Counted from the stretch's first letter, positions 29,786-39,970 are shown. The stretch: DNA of 64,000 nt from Phycisphaerae bacterium (GCA_963666835.2 CAXXGO010000006.1:2304001-2368000); one strand, 5' to 3'. Made by a program: numbers and translations. Notes: generated by a model not told the origin, from the letters alone.

Positions 29786-30820
29786 ATGAAGAACGACCTT
29801 CTGCTCCGAGCAGCGCGGCGCGAGCGTACCGTGCGAACGCCCGTCTGGTTGATGCGCCAAGCCGGCCGGTTCGATCCGCGCTACGGCGAGATTCGTCGGA
29901 AGTACGACTTGCCGCTTGAAGAGCTCTTTCGAAGACCTGATGCCGCGGCGGAGATCTCACTACTTCCCCGGCGATTGGGCGTTGACGCCATAATCTTCTT
30001 CCAGGATATCCTCACGCCGCTGGCGCCGATGGGGGCGGAGTTCGTGTTTCGACCCGGTCCCGTATTGGAAACGCCCTTGCGCGAGCCAAGTGATGTCGAA
30101 GCCCTCCGGCCGTACGATGTTGATTCGCATCTCGGTTTCGTTACCGAGACGCTCAAACTGGTTGCCGGGGCTTTGGATGGAGAGTTGCCGTTGCTCGGTT
30201 TTGCGGGAGCCCCGCTGACTCTGGCGTTCTTCCTCATCGAGGGACGTAGCCCTGGTGTAGAAGCCGATCGTGCATTGGGTATGATGCGATCGGACCCGAG
30301 CACCTTCCGCAGGCTGCTTCGTTTGTTGACGGACATGACCGTTGACTATCTGGCGTTGCAGATTGAAGCTGGGGTTGATGCTGTTCAGTTGTTTGAATCA
30401 TTGGCCGATCGGGTCTCGCCGGAGGAGTATTCTGAGTTTGCCCTGCCCTGCCAGGTTGAGATATTCTCAAGACTGGGGTCGCGGGTTCCGCGTATCCTGT
30501 TTGCGAAGGACCTTCCGTCGGTGGACCCGATGGCCGCCTCGGGAGCGGATGTGTTGAGCATAGGGTCCCGGTTGGACTTGGCTGAGGCCGGAAGACGGTA
30601 TGGTGATCGATTCGCACTTCAAGGCAATGTCGATAACTACCTTCTCAGGGACGGTAGTCTGGAGGAGATCGCCGCAGCGGTGCGAGCCTGCGTCGAAGCC
30701 GGTGGGAATACGGGCCACATCCTCAACCTCGGACATGGGATTCTCAAAGATACGCCGTTCGAGAATGTGCGTCAGTTCATCGAAACTGCTAGAATGGATG
30801 CCAACGACTCTGGGGGTTAA
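29786..30820 (+). CDS. hemE: Uroporphyrinogen decarboxylase
   Basis: PVWLMRQAGR, GFAGAP, LQGNVD, NLGHG. Confidence 0.95.
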   Translation: MKNDLLLRAARRERTVRTPVWLMRQAGRFDPRYGEIRRKYDLPLEELFRRPDAAAEISLLPRRLGVDAIIFFQDILTPLAPMGAEFVFRPGPVLETPLREPSDVEALRPYDVDSHLGFVTETLKLVAGALDGELPLLGFAGAPLTLAFFLIEGRSPGVEADRALGMMRSDPSTFRRLLRLLTDMTVDYLALQIEAGVDAVQLFESLADRVSPEEYSEFALPCQVEIFSRLGSRVPRILFAKDLPSVDPMAASGADVLSIGSRLDLAEAGRRYGDRFALQGNVDNYLLRDGSLEEIAAAVRACVEAGGNTGHILNLGHGILKDTPFENVRQFIETARMDANDSGG

Positions 30821-30843
30821 CCGGTGCTAAGGGCGGAGAGGCT

Positions 30844-32276
30844 ATGACGGACACCTTGCGAGACGTCATCGTCGTTGGCGGTGGGATCAGCGGTCTGACC
30901 ACGGCATGGTACCTGAAGCACGCCGACGTCGATGTCTGCCTGCTCGAGGCCGGCGATTATGCCGGCGGGGTCACGCGCACGGAGCGGCGCGACGGCTTCC
31001 TGCTGGAGAAAGGCCCGTTCAACGTCATAGTCCGAGATCCGGATTTCGAGACGTTGCTCGAGGGGGTCAGTGACGAGACTGACGTTGTCTCGGCGAGTCG
31101 GGCAGCCCGGGCGCGGTATCTGTACCGGAAAGGGCGCCTCTCGGCGGTGCCGACCAATCCGGTGGCGCTGGCGACCACGCCGCTGTTGAGCTTCGGGGCG
31201 AAATGCCGACTTGTGCGTGGATTGTTGGGCAGCCGGCGTTCGACTCGGATTGAGGAGACCATCGAACAGGTTGGGGCGCGACGCTTCGGGACCGAAGTAT
31301 CCGACACGATGATCAGTGCGGTCATCTCGGGGATATTCGCGGGGGACATTCGGCAGTTGAGTCTCAAAGCGTGTTTCCCGAGTGTCGCCCGGATCGACGG
31401 ACGAGCCCGAAGTCTGGTCGCCTACGGCCTGACTTCCCCATTCCGCCGCAAACGCTCTTCTCCGGAATCTCAACCCAGGCGGTGGCGGGGACTGGTGAGT
31501 CTTAAGGGTGGTCTGGGGACTTGACCCAGGCGCTGGCCCGCACGCTTGGTGACGATTGCATGACCGGTTGCCGGATCGACGAGATCCACGCGACCGATCA
31601 GGGCTATCAAGTAGTGTACAGCGATCGTGAAGGGGCGGTCGGTTCGGCGTACTGCCGCCGGTTGGTTTTGGGAACGGCCGCGTCGGAAGCCGCGCGCTTG
31701 CTCGGTCCGGTCGTGCCGGATGCTGCGGAACAGCTCATGACGATCGAGAGCGTTCCGATGCTCGTGTTGAACCTCGGTTTCAGGCGGGCGGACATCGGTC
31801 ATCCTCTTAAGGGTTTCGGTTTCCTGGTTCCGCGGAACGAGCCGGAGTACCCCTTGATGGGCATTCTCTGGGCCAACAGCATTTTCCCACACCATGCTCC
31901 GCCGGACCACTGCCTGATCCGCGTGTTTATTGGCGGCAGCCGTGATCCGAATGCCATCGAACGCAGCGATGACGAGTTGCTGGCGTCGGCGATGGATGCC
32001 TCGCGCGGGTTGCTGTCCATCTCCGGCGATCCGGTATTGACCGATATCTGCAGGTGGCCGGCTGCGATTCCCCAGTATGGGCTCGGTTACCTCGACAAGA
32101 TTGCGCGGCTTAATGCGGTGGTCGCTGCCCAACCGAACTTGTATCTGATTGGCAACTACATGGAAGGCGTGTCCCTGAATGATTGTGTTCGTTGTGCCAC
32201 GCGCGCGGCAAACGAGCTCATTCGCACGACGGAGCCGATGTACGCATCGTCGTCCCGGGCACTGGCGGCATCGTAG
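30844..32276 (+). pseudogene. hemY: Protoporphyrinogen/coproporphyrinogen oxidase (HemY-type), split by a 1-nt frameshift at ~31515-31522
   Basis: ORF 30844-31524 (VGGGISGL FAD motif, EKGP) plus ORF 31521-32276 (GFGFLVP, AIPQY, GNY..GVSLNDC); one extra base joins them into ~477 aa. Confidence 0.8.
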
Positions 32277-32286
32277 GGCGAACATC

Positions 32287-33309
32287 ATGGATGGATCACA
32301 AGAGTGGTTGCCGCCGGTTCGGCGGCCCCGCCGACTTCGCCGCAGCGAGACGATCCGCCGCCTGGTGCGTGAGACGCGCCTGACGCCGGATCGGTTGATT
32401 CTCCCGCAGTTCGTGATCGAAGGTACGGACCGCACCGAGCCGATCGCAGCCATGCCGGGGCGAGCCCGGCTTACGATTGACCGAACTCTGGCTGAGTGTG
32501 AAGAGGCCGCAATGCTCGGCGTTCGGTCGTTTGCTCTTTTTCCGGCGACCGATCCGGCGCTGAAGACCCCCGAGGCTAAGGAGGCACTCAATCTGGACAA
32601 CTTGCTTTGTCGGGCGGTGCGGGCGTTGAAGGAGGCGATGCCGGAAAGCTGCGTGATTACCGACATCGCCCTGGATCCCTATTCAAGCCTCGGGCACGAT
32701 GGTCTGATCAAAGATGGTGTGGTGGTCAACGATGAGACCGTAGAGGTCCTGGCCAAGATGGCCGTGGTGCAAGCTGGCGCCGGGGCGGACCTCGTAGCCC
32801 CGTCGGATATGATGGACGGGCGCGTGGATGCCATCAGAACGGCACTTGATGAGGCGGGTCATCAGGATGTCGGAATCCTCAGTTACACCGCCAAGTACGC
32901 ATCCAGCTTCTACGGCCCGTTTCGAGAGGCTCTGGACTCGGCTCCGGTTGACGCGCCGGACGTACCCAAGGACAAGAAGACCTACCAAATGGACCCGGCC
33001 AACGCCCGCGAAGCGCTGATCGAAGCTGCGCTCGACGAGGCGGAGGGGGCCGATGTTCTGATGGTCAAGCCGGCACTGCCCTATCTCGACATCATTGCTC
33101 GGCTCCGGGCGGTCACCGAGATGCCGATCGCGGCCTACCACGTCAGCGGCGAGTATGCGATGATCAAGGCCGCGGCCGAGCACGGGTGGTTGGATGAGCG
33201 AGCCTGCATGACGGAATCGCTGATGGCGATTGCCCGGGCGGGGGCGGACATGATTCTCACTTATGCCGCTTTGAGCTACGCCCGCTGGTGGCGCGATTCG
33301 TGGGCTTGA
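32287..33309 (+). CDS. hemB: Porphobilinogen synthase (Asp-rich, Zn-independent type)
   Basis: RPRRLR, DIALDPYSSLGHDG, APSDMMDGR, YQMD, MVKP, YHVSGEY. Confidence 0.95.
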   Translation: MDGSQEWLPPVRRPRRLRRSETIRRLVRETRLTPDRLILPQFVIEGTDRTEPIAAMPGRARLTIDRTLAECEEAAMLGVRSFALFPATDPALKTPEAKEALNLDNLLCRAVRALKEAMPESCVITDIALDPYSSLGHDGLIKDGVVVNDETVEVLAKMAVVQAGAGADLVAPSDMMDGRVDAIRTALDEAGHQDVGILSYTAKYASSFYGPFREALDSAPVDAPDVPKDKKTYQMDPANAREALIEAALDEAEGADVLMVKPALPYLDIIARLRAVTEMPIAAYHVSGEYAMIKAAAEHGWLDERACMTESLMAIARAGADMILTYAALSYARWWRDSWA

Positions 33310-33950
33310 TCGGCGATTGCGGCTGCCAGCGATTCGAAGCTTCGCTGCGGGGCTTCGACCCACGGCTCAATGCCCAGTTTCCGCAGGGCCGCACTGGTCG
33401 GCGGTCCGATGCTGGCGAAGGGTAGGTCGACCCTGCCGATGGCTTCGACCGCCGACGCGCTGGCTACTGCTGCCACGTCGACGCGATCGGTGATGCTCCG
33501 ATCGAAGGATCTAGCAACGGTTTCGTAGAGCACCGGGCTGACCAAGTTGACCCCGGCCCACGCCCGCGGAGGCGGCACCCGTGCCGATCGGGGATAACAG
33601 ACCGTTCCATGTGTTGCGATTGCCTTGAGTTCCGCAAACAGACTCTCCCCGGTCCCCTCGCGGCTGACCAGCTCGACCCGAAACCCCCGATCCTTGGCCG
33701 CCCTCCGAGAGGGCTCTGCAACCACGGCCAATCGCGGCACCCGAGCGGGCGCCGCTGCCACGGCCGCGATAGCGTAGGGGCTCGTCAATACGAGCCAATC
33801 ATCCGGACCGAGTCTGCTAATGGCCTCGGCGGCATCGTCGAGCACGCGGCGAGAAAGGACCGGCTCAAGAACGGCTTCCAGCCCGCAAGCCCGCAGGGCG
33901 GATGTCAGGGGCCCGTTATTGGCTTCGTCGCGTGTTACCCAGACTTTCAC
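33276..33950 (-). CDS. hemD: Uroporphyrinogen-III synthase
   Basis: VWVTR, WLVLTSP, LYET, ASASAV, SIGPPT; coupled to hemC. Confidence 0.85.
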   Translation of the reverse strand: MKVWVTRDEANNGPLTSALRACGLEAVLEPVLSRRVLDDAAEAISRLGPDDWLVLTSPYAIAAVAAAPARVPRLAVVAEPSRRAAKDRGFRVELVSREGTGESLFAELKAIATHGTVCYPRSARVPPPRAWAGVNLVSPVLYETVARSFDRSITDRVDVAAVASASAVEAIGRVDLPFASIGPPTSAALRKLGIEPWVEAPQRSFESLAAAIADQAHESRHQRA

Positions 33951-34837
33951 GAGGTTTCCTTCAGCTCACTGAGCAGCCGTTCGGCCAGGCGTCGGCCCAC
34001 CGCCGGAGCGTCGTCGCCGGTCTCCACCCCCTCTGCCAAGCGGTTTCCGTCGTCGCTAAAAAGCTGGGCATGTAAGGAAACGCCGCGGGAGTCTATCGTC
34101 GCCAGAGATCCTACGGGGACATGGCAACCGGCGTTGATTCCGCCCAGGAAGCTCCGCTCCGCTGCCACTGTGCGCCGGGACGGCTCATCGTCAAGAGCCG
34201 CGAGCAGCTCGACCGCGCGGTCCCCGTCGCGAGCCTGGATAGCCAAGGCACCCTGGGCCGGCGCGGGAACGAACCGGTCCGTCGGCAGATCGACTACGTT
34301 CGGCGGGTTGAGACCCAGGCGCCTGACCCCGGCGGCAGCGAGCACCACCCCGTCGAGCCCTTCCCGTTCCATCTTGGCAATACGGGTCGGCACGTTGCCG
34401 CGAATCGGCACGGTCTCCACGTCGCCCAAACGTCTGAACTGGGCGATACGGCGGGGGCTGCTCGTGCCCAGCCGAAAACCGGCTCGCAGGTTGTCTAGAT
34501 CCACCGGCTCCGCAGTAACCAGAATGTCGTGTACGACCTCGCGCGCTGGCACGGCCGCAATCACCAAGCCGGGCGTTTCTGCGGTTTGAAGATCCTTATA
34601 ACTATGAACCGCGAAGTCGATCTGATCACCCGCCAGCGCTTGCTCGATTGCCCCGACGAACCCCCCGACCGGCCAGTCGGCGTCGAACAACTGCTGGGTG
34701 GCGGTGTCCCCGTGGGTCTTGATGATTACTTCTTCGATGGTGAGCGAAGGATGCGCTTCGCGCAGCCGATCACACACCCAGCGCGTCTGCCAGATTGCCA
34801 GGTCGCTTCCCCGAGTACCCACCCGCAACGTGGTCAC
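33947..34837 (-). CDS. hemC: Hydroxymethylbilane synthase
   Basis: GTRGSDLA, AVHSYKD, GTSSPRR, RGNVPTR, PAPAQGAL, GCHVP. Confidence 0.93.
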   Translation of the reverse strand: MTTLRVGTRGSDLAIWQTRWVCDRLREAHPSLTIEEVIIKTHGDTATQQLFDADWPVGGFVGAIEQALAGDQIDFAVHSYKDLQTAETPGLVIAAVPAREVVHDILVTAEPVDLDNLRAGFRLGTSSPRRIAQFRRLGDVETVPIRGNVPTRIAKMEREGLDGVVLAAAGVRRLGLNPPNVVDLPTDRFVPAPAQGALAIQARDGDRAVELLAALDDEPSRRTVAAERSFLGGINAGCHVPVGSLATIDSRGVSLHAQLFSDDGNRLAEGVETGDDAPAVGRRLAERLLSELKETS

Positions 34838-36132
34838 GACGCGATACTCCTGAACGACTCTTCCGCCGCAGCGATGATCTGAGCGATCGACTCGTCATCA
34901 TGGGCCGATGAAACGAACATCGCCTCATACCCCGACGGCGGTAGCCACACTCCTCGATCCAGCATGGCGTGAAAGAGCTTCGCGTAGAGGTCGTGATTGC
35001 AGGCCTGCGCGTCGTCAAAGTTGTCCACGCGCTTGTTAGACAACGCCAGGCCGAACATCCCGCCGCAGTAACCGGTTTGCACCGGAACCCCCGACACCGA
35101 GCGCAACCCGTCCGTTAGGCGACGGACCTTCGCAGTCAAAGACTCATAGAATCCCTCGCCGTGGCAAATTCGCAGCGTGGCGGCACCGGCGGCCATGCCG
35201 ATCGGGTTCCCGCTCAGAGTGCCGGCCTGGTACATCGGCCCTAACGGGCTGACCTTCTCCATAAGGCTCTTCGGACCGCCGTATGCGGCCACGGGCATCC
35301 CGCCGCCGATGACCTTGCCAAGGCACGTCAGGTCGGGGCGAACTCCGCATATATTCTGGTAACCGCCCCACGCAGTGCGAAAACCGGTCATGACCTCGTC
35401 GAAGACCAGCAGGCTCCCGTGTTTGTCACAGAGGGAACGCAGGCCCTCGAGGAAGCCCGCCATCGGTAGAACGAGCCCCATGTTGCCTGCGATCGGCTCC
35501 ACCAGGATGGCCGCGATGTCGTCGGCGTGGGCGGCCATGAGCTGCTCGACGACTTCGAGGTTATTGTATGGGGCGAGCATTGTGGACTCGGCTATCCCCG
35601 CCGGTACTCCGGCCGAATCGGGGACGCCGAACGTGGCCGCCCCGGAGCCCGCCGCCACCAGTAGAGAGTCGACGTGTCCGTGGTAGCAGCCGAGGAACTT
35701 GACCACGCGCGTCCGCTTGGTCGCTGCCCGGGCCAGGCGGATTGCGCTCATGGTCGCTTCGGTGCCGCTGTTCACGAATCGAACGAGATCTACTGAGGCA
35801 AACGCCCCGGCAATTATCTCGGCCAGCTCGGCCTCGGCCGGGCAGCAGGCTCCGAAGCTGAGCCCCTTACCGGCGGCGACGCGAACGGCGTCGACGACTT
35901 CGGGGTGAGCGTGACCGACAATGGCCGGGCCCCACGTACCCACCAGATCCACATAACGGTTGCCGTCGACATCGAAGATGTACGGTCCTTCCGCCCGTTC
36001 GACGAAGACCGGCTTGCCGCCTACGGCTCGAAACGCCCGGACGGGGCTGTTCACCCCGCCCACCAAGGTCGCACATGCCCGGTCAAAGAGCGCGGCCGAG
36101 CGGCCCCGCGACGACTTTGTTTCTACGCTCAT
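34834..36132 (-). CDS. hemL: Glutamate-1-semialdehyde 2,1-aminomutase
   Basis: GGVNSPVRAF, NSGTEA, YHGH, FDEVMTGFR, GKVIGGG, YQAGTLSGNP. Confidence 0.95.
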   Translation of the reverse strand: MSVETKSSRGRSAALFDRACATLVGGVNSPVRAFRAVGGKPVFVERAEGPYIFDVDGNRYVDLVGTWGPAIVGHAHPEVVDAVRVAAGKGLSFGACCPAEAELAEIIAGAFASVDLVRFVNSGTEATMSAIRLARAATKRTRVVKFLGCYHGHVDSLLVAAGSGAATFGVPDSAGVPAGIAESTMLAPYNNLEVVEQLMAAHADDIAAILVEPIAGNMGLVLPMAGFLEGLRSLCDKHGSLLVFDEVMTGFRTAWGGYQNICGVRPDLTCLGKVIGGGMPVAAYGGPKSLMEKVSPLGPMYQAGTLSGNPIGMAAGAATLRICHGEGFYESLTAKVRRLTDGLRSVSGVPVQTGYCGGMFGLALSNKRVDNFDDAQACNHDLYAKLFHAMLDRGVWLPPSGYEAMFVSSAHDDESIAQIIAAAEESFRSIAS

Positions 36133-36210
36133 TATGGTCCTATACCTCCTGTTGCTTGCCGGACCCATTACAACACGGCCGCAGGCACTTGTCACGGTTA
36201 CCGGCCGGCA

Positions 36211-36289
36211 GTAACGCAAGCTTCCAGCCTGCCACCCTGTAACACAGGCTTCCAGCCTGCCTTCCTGTAGCGAAGGCTTCCAGCCTGCC
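36211..36289 (+). repeat. Three tandem REP units GTA(A/G)CGCAGGCTTCCAGCCTGCC, 28-bp period
   Basis: Copies at 36211, 36239, 36267; same family at 37800, 39967, 39994, 49370, 49409. Confidence 0.85.
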
Positions 36290-36422
36290 GCCAGGGCAAG
36301 GCGGAGGATCAGTGGCCACGGTCCGGGCACCATCCACACCGTGCCCCGTCCCTGCACTGCTCAAGAGCAGTGGCACGCCCGCCGCATCAGTTTCTCGGCC
36401 GATTAACGCCCGCCGACAGACG

Positions 36423-36450
36423 TTGACCGATCGTATCGAAACCGTATATT
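36423..36450 (+). promoter_or_regulatory. Sigma70-type promoter of the tRNA
   Basis: TTGACC-N16-TATATT ending 18 nt upstream of the tRNA. Confidence 0.6.
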
Positions 36451-36468
36451 CAATCTTGGGAGTACTAA

Positions 36469-36543
36469 GGCGGCGTAGCTCAGATTGGTTAGAGCGTGGG
36501 ATTCATAACCCCAAGGTCCCCGGTTCGATCCCGGGCGCCGCTA
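36469..36543 (+). tRNA. tRNA-Met (CAT), probably elongator; CCA not encoded
   Basis: GGCGGCG/CGCCGCT acceptor stem, TAGCTCAG..TGGTTAGAGC D-arm, anticodon loop TTCATAA, GGTTCGATCC T-arm. Confidence 0.92.
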
Positions 36544-36552
36544 TTCCGGAAG

Positions 36553-36590
36553 AACCGCATTGGCGCTAGCGCTAAGGCGGTTTTTTGTTT
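36553..36590 (+). terminator. Intrinsic terminator after the tRNA
   Basis: Hairpin aaccgc..ttggcgc-ta-gcgctaa..gcggtt followed by a T run. Confidence 0.8.
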
Positions 36591-36752
36591 GCCCAGGGCG
36601 TGGACGCGGGCAGGGATGCCGATCAGCCGCGGAACGAAGTCCAGGTCGCTACGTCGAAATCACCGTGCGACAGACCGTGGCTGTGGCGAATCGGTTACCA
36701 TTCGAAACTCGGAGTATTGCCGTCGGTAGGGCATGACTGGAGGAACGAGCCC

Positions 36753-37835
36753 GTGGCAGAGCCTTGCCCGAGGTCCTTTTCGAAGGTGGCGATCGTCGGT
36801 GCGACCGGTGCGGTTGGCCGGGAGCTCGTCGATATTCTCGGGCAGCGCCGGTGGCGGTCGAGAGACTATGTTCTATTGGCGTCGGCGCGTAGCGCGGGCC
36901 GGAAGCTGAGCTTGCTCGGGGCCGAACTGACAGTGCAGGAATTGGGCGAGAGTTCTTTCGCCGGGGTGGATCTCGCTCTGTTCTCGGCCGGTGGCGGAGC
37001 GAGCCGGCGTTTTGTGCCGATTGCGGTGAATGCCGGAGCGGTGGTGGTAGACAACTCCTCCGCGTTTCGTATGGATCCGCACGTCCCGCTGGTGGTCCCG
37101 GAGATCAACCCCGGCGATGTGACCGGTCACCAGGGGATCATCGCTAACCCGAACTGCTCGACGATAATCATGGCGACCGTGGTTGGACCGTTGCACCGGG
37201 CTAACCGGGTCAGCCGGATAGTCGTCAGTACATACCAATCAGCCAGCGGCGCCGGTCAACGCGCTATGGAAGAACTGAAAGCGCAGACCCGCGATGTGCT
37301 CGACGGCAAGCCGGTCCGCCCCGAGGTTCTGCCGGTTCGCAGCGCGTTCAACGTCTTTTCGCACAACTCACCGATTGACGAATCCGGGTACAACACGGAA
37401 GAACGCAAGATGGCTGCGGAGACCCGCAAGATCTTCCACGATGAGACTATCCAGATAACGGCTACGTGCATCCGTGTTCCCGTCCTGCGTGCCCACAGTG
37501 AGTCGGTTAACCTCACGTTTGAGGAACCGATCACTCCGGCCGAAGTCCGTGAGATTCTGCGACATGCTCCCGGGGCGCGCGTGGTGGACCAGGTAGACCC
37601 GCAGCACTTTCCGATGCCGATCGAGGCTGACGGCGGAGACGACGTTCTGGTAGGTCGCATCCGCCAGGACATGTCCCAGCCCGACGGTCGAGGCATAGAC
37701 CTGTTCCTCAGTGGCGACCAGCTCCGCAAAGGTGCGGCGTTGAACGCCATTCAGATTGCGGAGTTGCTGGCAGGATCGCACGCTTCCAGCCCGCCCCAAG
37801 TAACGCAGGCTTCCAGCCTGCCGGACGGGCGGTGA
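36753..37835 (+). CDS. asd: Aspartate-semialdehyde dehydrogenase
   Basis: GATGAVG, DNSSAFRM, ANPNCST, STYQSASGAG, DQLRKGAALNA; GGAGG before GTG. Confidence 0.95.
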   Translation: MAEPCPRSFSKVAIVGATGAVGRELVDILGQRRWRSRDYVLLASARSAGRKLSLLGAELTVQELGESSFAGVDLALFSAGGGASRRFVPIAVNAGAVVVDNSSAFRMDPHVPLVVPEINPGDVTGHQGIIANPNCSTIIMATVVGPLHRANRVSRIVVSTYQSASGAGQRAMEELKAQTRDVLDGKPVRPEVLPVRSAFNVFSHNSPIDESGYNTEERKMAAETRKIFHDETIQITATCIRVPVLRAHSESVNLTFEEPITPAEVREILRHAPGARVVDQVDPQHFPMPIEADGGDDVLVGRIRQDMSQPDGRGIDLFLSGDQLRKGAALNAIQIAELLAGSHASSPPQVTQASSLPDGR

Positions 37836-37948
37836 ACTAACGATGTTTTTGACGATGCAGACAAGATGTCTGCGTTACGACTGCGAGGAAGAGCCTGATC
37901 GGCCTTTGGGGAGATGGTACCAAGGCATCGGTGTTTGCCGTGACCAGG

Positions 37949-38737
37949 TCACTCGGCGACGAATCTCAGCCCGTCATAGGCCAGCGACATTCGTTCCGGC
38001 AGATTCTCTTCGGTGGCTTCGTGCCCGAGATGGTGGGTGATGTGTGTGAAATACGTGTGCTCCGCGCCGATTCGGTGGGCCATCTCCACGGCTTCGTCCA
38101 AACTGAAATGAGCCGGGTGAGGCCTGGGCAGCGGGGCGTCCAACATCAGGACCGCGAGATCTTCCAGCAGTCTCAGCGAATCGTCCGGGATTTCGTTGCA
38201 GTCAGTGCAGAAAGCAAACCGACCGAAACGGAAGCCCAGGATCGGCAGCGGGCCGTGCATCAGTGGGATCGGGGTGATGGTTGCATCGCCGATGGTCAGG
38301 GGCTTGGAATCGATCGGAAACAGTTGCAGCTCGGGTCTGCTGTGCGGTGAATCGGGGGCGGGCTTGAACGCGTAGGAGAACATCCGGGCCAGACTATCTA
38401 AGGTCCGCTGATTGCCGTAGCAGGGGATCGGTCCCCTCATCAGCCAGTTGAAACGCCGCAGATCGTCGATGCCGGCCACGTGGTCGGCGTGATGGTGGGT
38501 GAACAGCACGGCGTCAACTGCGTCGATGTCGTTGCTAATACATTGCAGACGCAGTTCCGGCGAGACATCTACGAGCAGGTGCGTGTTCGCGATGCGTACC
38601 CAGATGCTTGTGCGGGTCCGCCGGTCACGCGGGTCGCTTGATGTGCAAACCGCGCATCGGCAGCCGATCATCGGCACGCCATACGACGTTCCGGACCCCA
38701 GTACGGCTACTTCAACAGGGGGCGTGCTGGGGTTCAT
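37949..38737 (-). CDS. MBL-fold metallo-hydrolase (PhnP-like phosphodiesterase)
   Basis: LGSGTSYGVP..CRCAVC, THHHADHVAG, THITH. Confidence 0.9.
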   Translation of the reverse strand: MNPSTPPVEVAVLGSGTSYGVPMIGCRCAVCTSSDPRDRRTRTSIWVRIANTHLLVDVSPELRLQCISNDIDAVDAVLFTHHHADHVAGIDDLRRFNWLMRGPIPCYGNQRTLDSLARMFSYAFKPAPDSPHSRPELQLFPIDSKPLTIGDATITPIPLMHGPLPILGFRFGRFAFCTDCNEIPDDSLRLLEDLAVLMLDAPLPRPHPAHFSLDEAVEMAHRIGAEHTYFTHITHHLGHEATEENLPERMSLAYDGLRFVAE

Positions 38738-38920
38738 GGTGACTTCCGTGTATCGGTCGCTGGCAACCGCGCGAAAGCGATCATACATCTAACCACTGGG
38801 CGACGCCACCGCAACTCGCAAGGGGCGTGGTGCGTTGACCGGGCGTAAACGCCGTGCTACGGTCGCCTTGCGACGTGGATTACTGCAACGGGGACCGTGG
38901 GCACCCCGAGGGAGAGTATC

Positions 38921-39970
38921 GTGTTACGACTAAACGCCTCTCTGCTGTTGGCGGTCTGTATGGGATGCTCGTCGCCGGGACCAACCGGCAACACCTCGAT
39001 GGGACACGCGTGGCGGGAGCAGGTTCGTAGTGAATCTCGACCGGATGGTGCGACAGCCGAAACCGAACCTGTGGGGGAAGGGGGTGCGTCGCAAACGGTG
39101 CGGCCTGTTCCGGTTGCCACGGTCAATGGCAGGCCGATCGCGCGTGATCGTCTTGTAGATCTGACTCTGCGGGCATGTGGGGCGAGAGTGCTGGAGCAGC
39201 TTGCCGTGCTCGAGTTGGCAGAGCAGTTGGCCGCAGAGCAGGGGATTACGGTAACGTCTGCCGACGATGATCGAGAGTACGAGACGTCCTTGCGTCTGTT
39301 GGTGGATCCGCTGTCGAGCGTTACACCGGAACGGTTCGATCGTGATGAGGCCGAGCGGGTGCTAGCTGCCGTCCTCGCTCGGCGGAGTGTGTCGCACGAG
39401 GAGTTTCGCTTAGGGGTGCGGTTGAATGCCTGCCTGCGCCGGATCGCCGAATCTGAGCTTACGATCACCGAGGATCAACTTGCAGACGAGTTCGACCGAC
39501 GATACGGCCGGAAGGCGAGAGTGCGGCACATTCAGTTGCCCACTCCGGGGGCTGCGGAGCGCTCTGCAGAGCGGCTGACGAATGGGGAGGAGTTCAGCAC
39601 CGTCGCGGCGCGTGAAAGCGCTAACGAAGCCAGTGCGTCCGTGGGCGGGTTGCTGGAGCCGTTTTCCGCCGGTGATGAGGGCGTTCCCGTACTGATGCGC
39701 GAGGTGGCCTTCGGCCTCGAACCTGGGGAGGTGTCGGATCCGATACGTTTGGGCGACTGGTACCATCTGGTCCAGTTGGTCGAGTTCATTCCGCCGCAGC
39801 CGGTGGATCGGGATCTAATCCGTGATGACCTGGAGCGAGGCGTTAAACTCCGCTTAGCGGAGCCGGTTATGCAGGACTTGTACACAGCTATTTGGGAGCA
39901 GGCTGATCTTCGGATCTACGATCCAGTTGTGCGTGAGCTGTTCGAGGGAAAACGCCAGCAGAACGAGTAA
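38921..39970 (+). CDS. Parvulin-type peptidyl-prolyl isomerase lipoprotein (PrsA/SurA-like)
   Basis: Lipobox-like CMGC; VATVNG; VRHIQ; F..VA..ES..GGLL; GEVSDPI..YHLV. Confidence 0.8.
   Translation: MLRLNASLLLAVCMGCSSPGPTGNTSMGHAWREQVRSESRPDGATAETEPVGEGGASQTVRPVPVATVNGRPIARDRLVDLTLRACGARVLEQLAVLELAEQLAAEQGITVTSADDDREYETSLRLLVDPLSSVTPERFDRDEAERVLAAVLARRSVSHEEFRLGVRLNACLRRIAESELTITEDQLADEFDRRYGRKARVRHIQLPTPGAAERSAERLTNGEEFSTVAARESANEASASVGGLLEPFSAGDEGVPVLMREVAFGLEPGEVSDPIRLGDWYHLVQLVEFIPPQPVDRDLIRDDLERGVKLRLAEPVMQDLYTAIWEQADLRIYDPVVRELFEGKRQQNE

Noticed and set aside
31470..33363. Long minus-strand ORFs (398 aa, 226 aa)
   Set aside because: Antisense to hemY and hemB.
36211..36289. Mini-CRISPR
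   Set aside because: Spacers are only ~5 nt and the same unit is dispersed at gene ends.
36469..36600. tRNA-anchored genomic island
   Set aside because: No integrase and no duplicated tRNA 3' end seen; asd follows directly.
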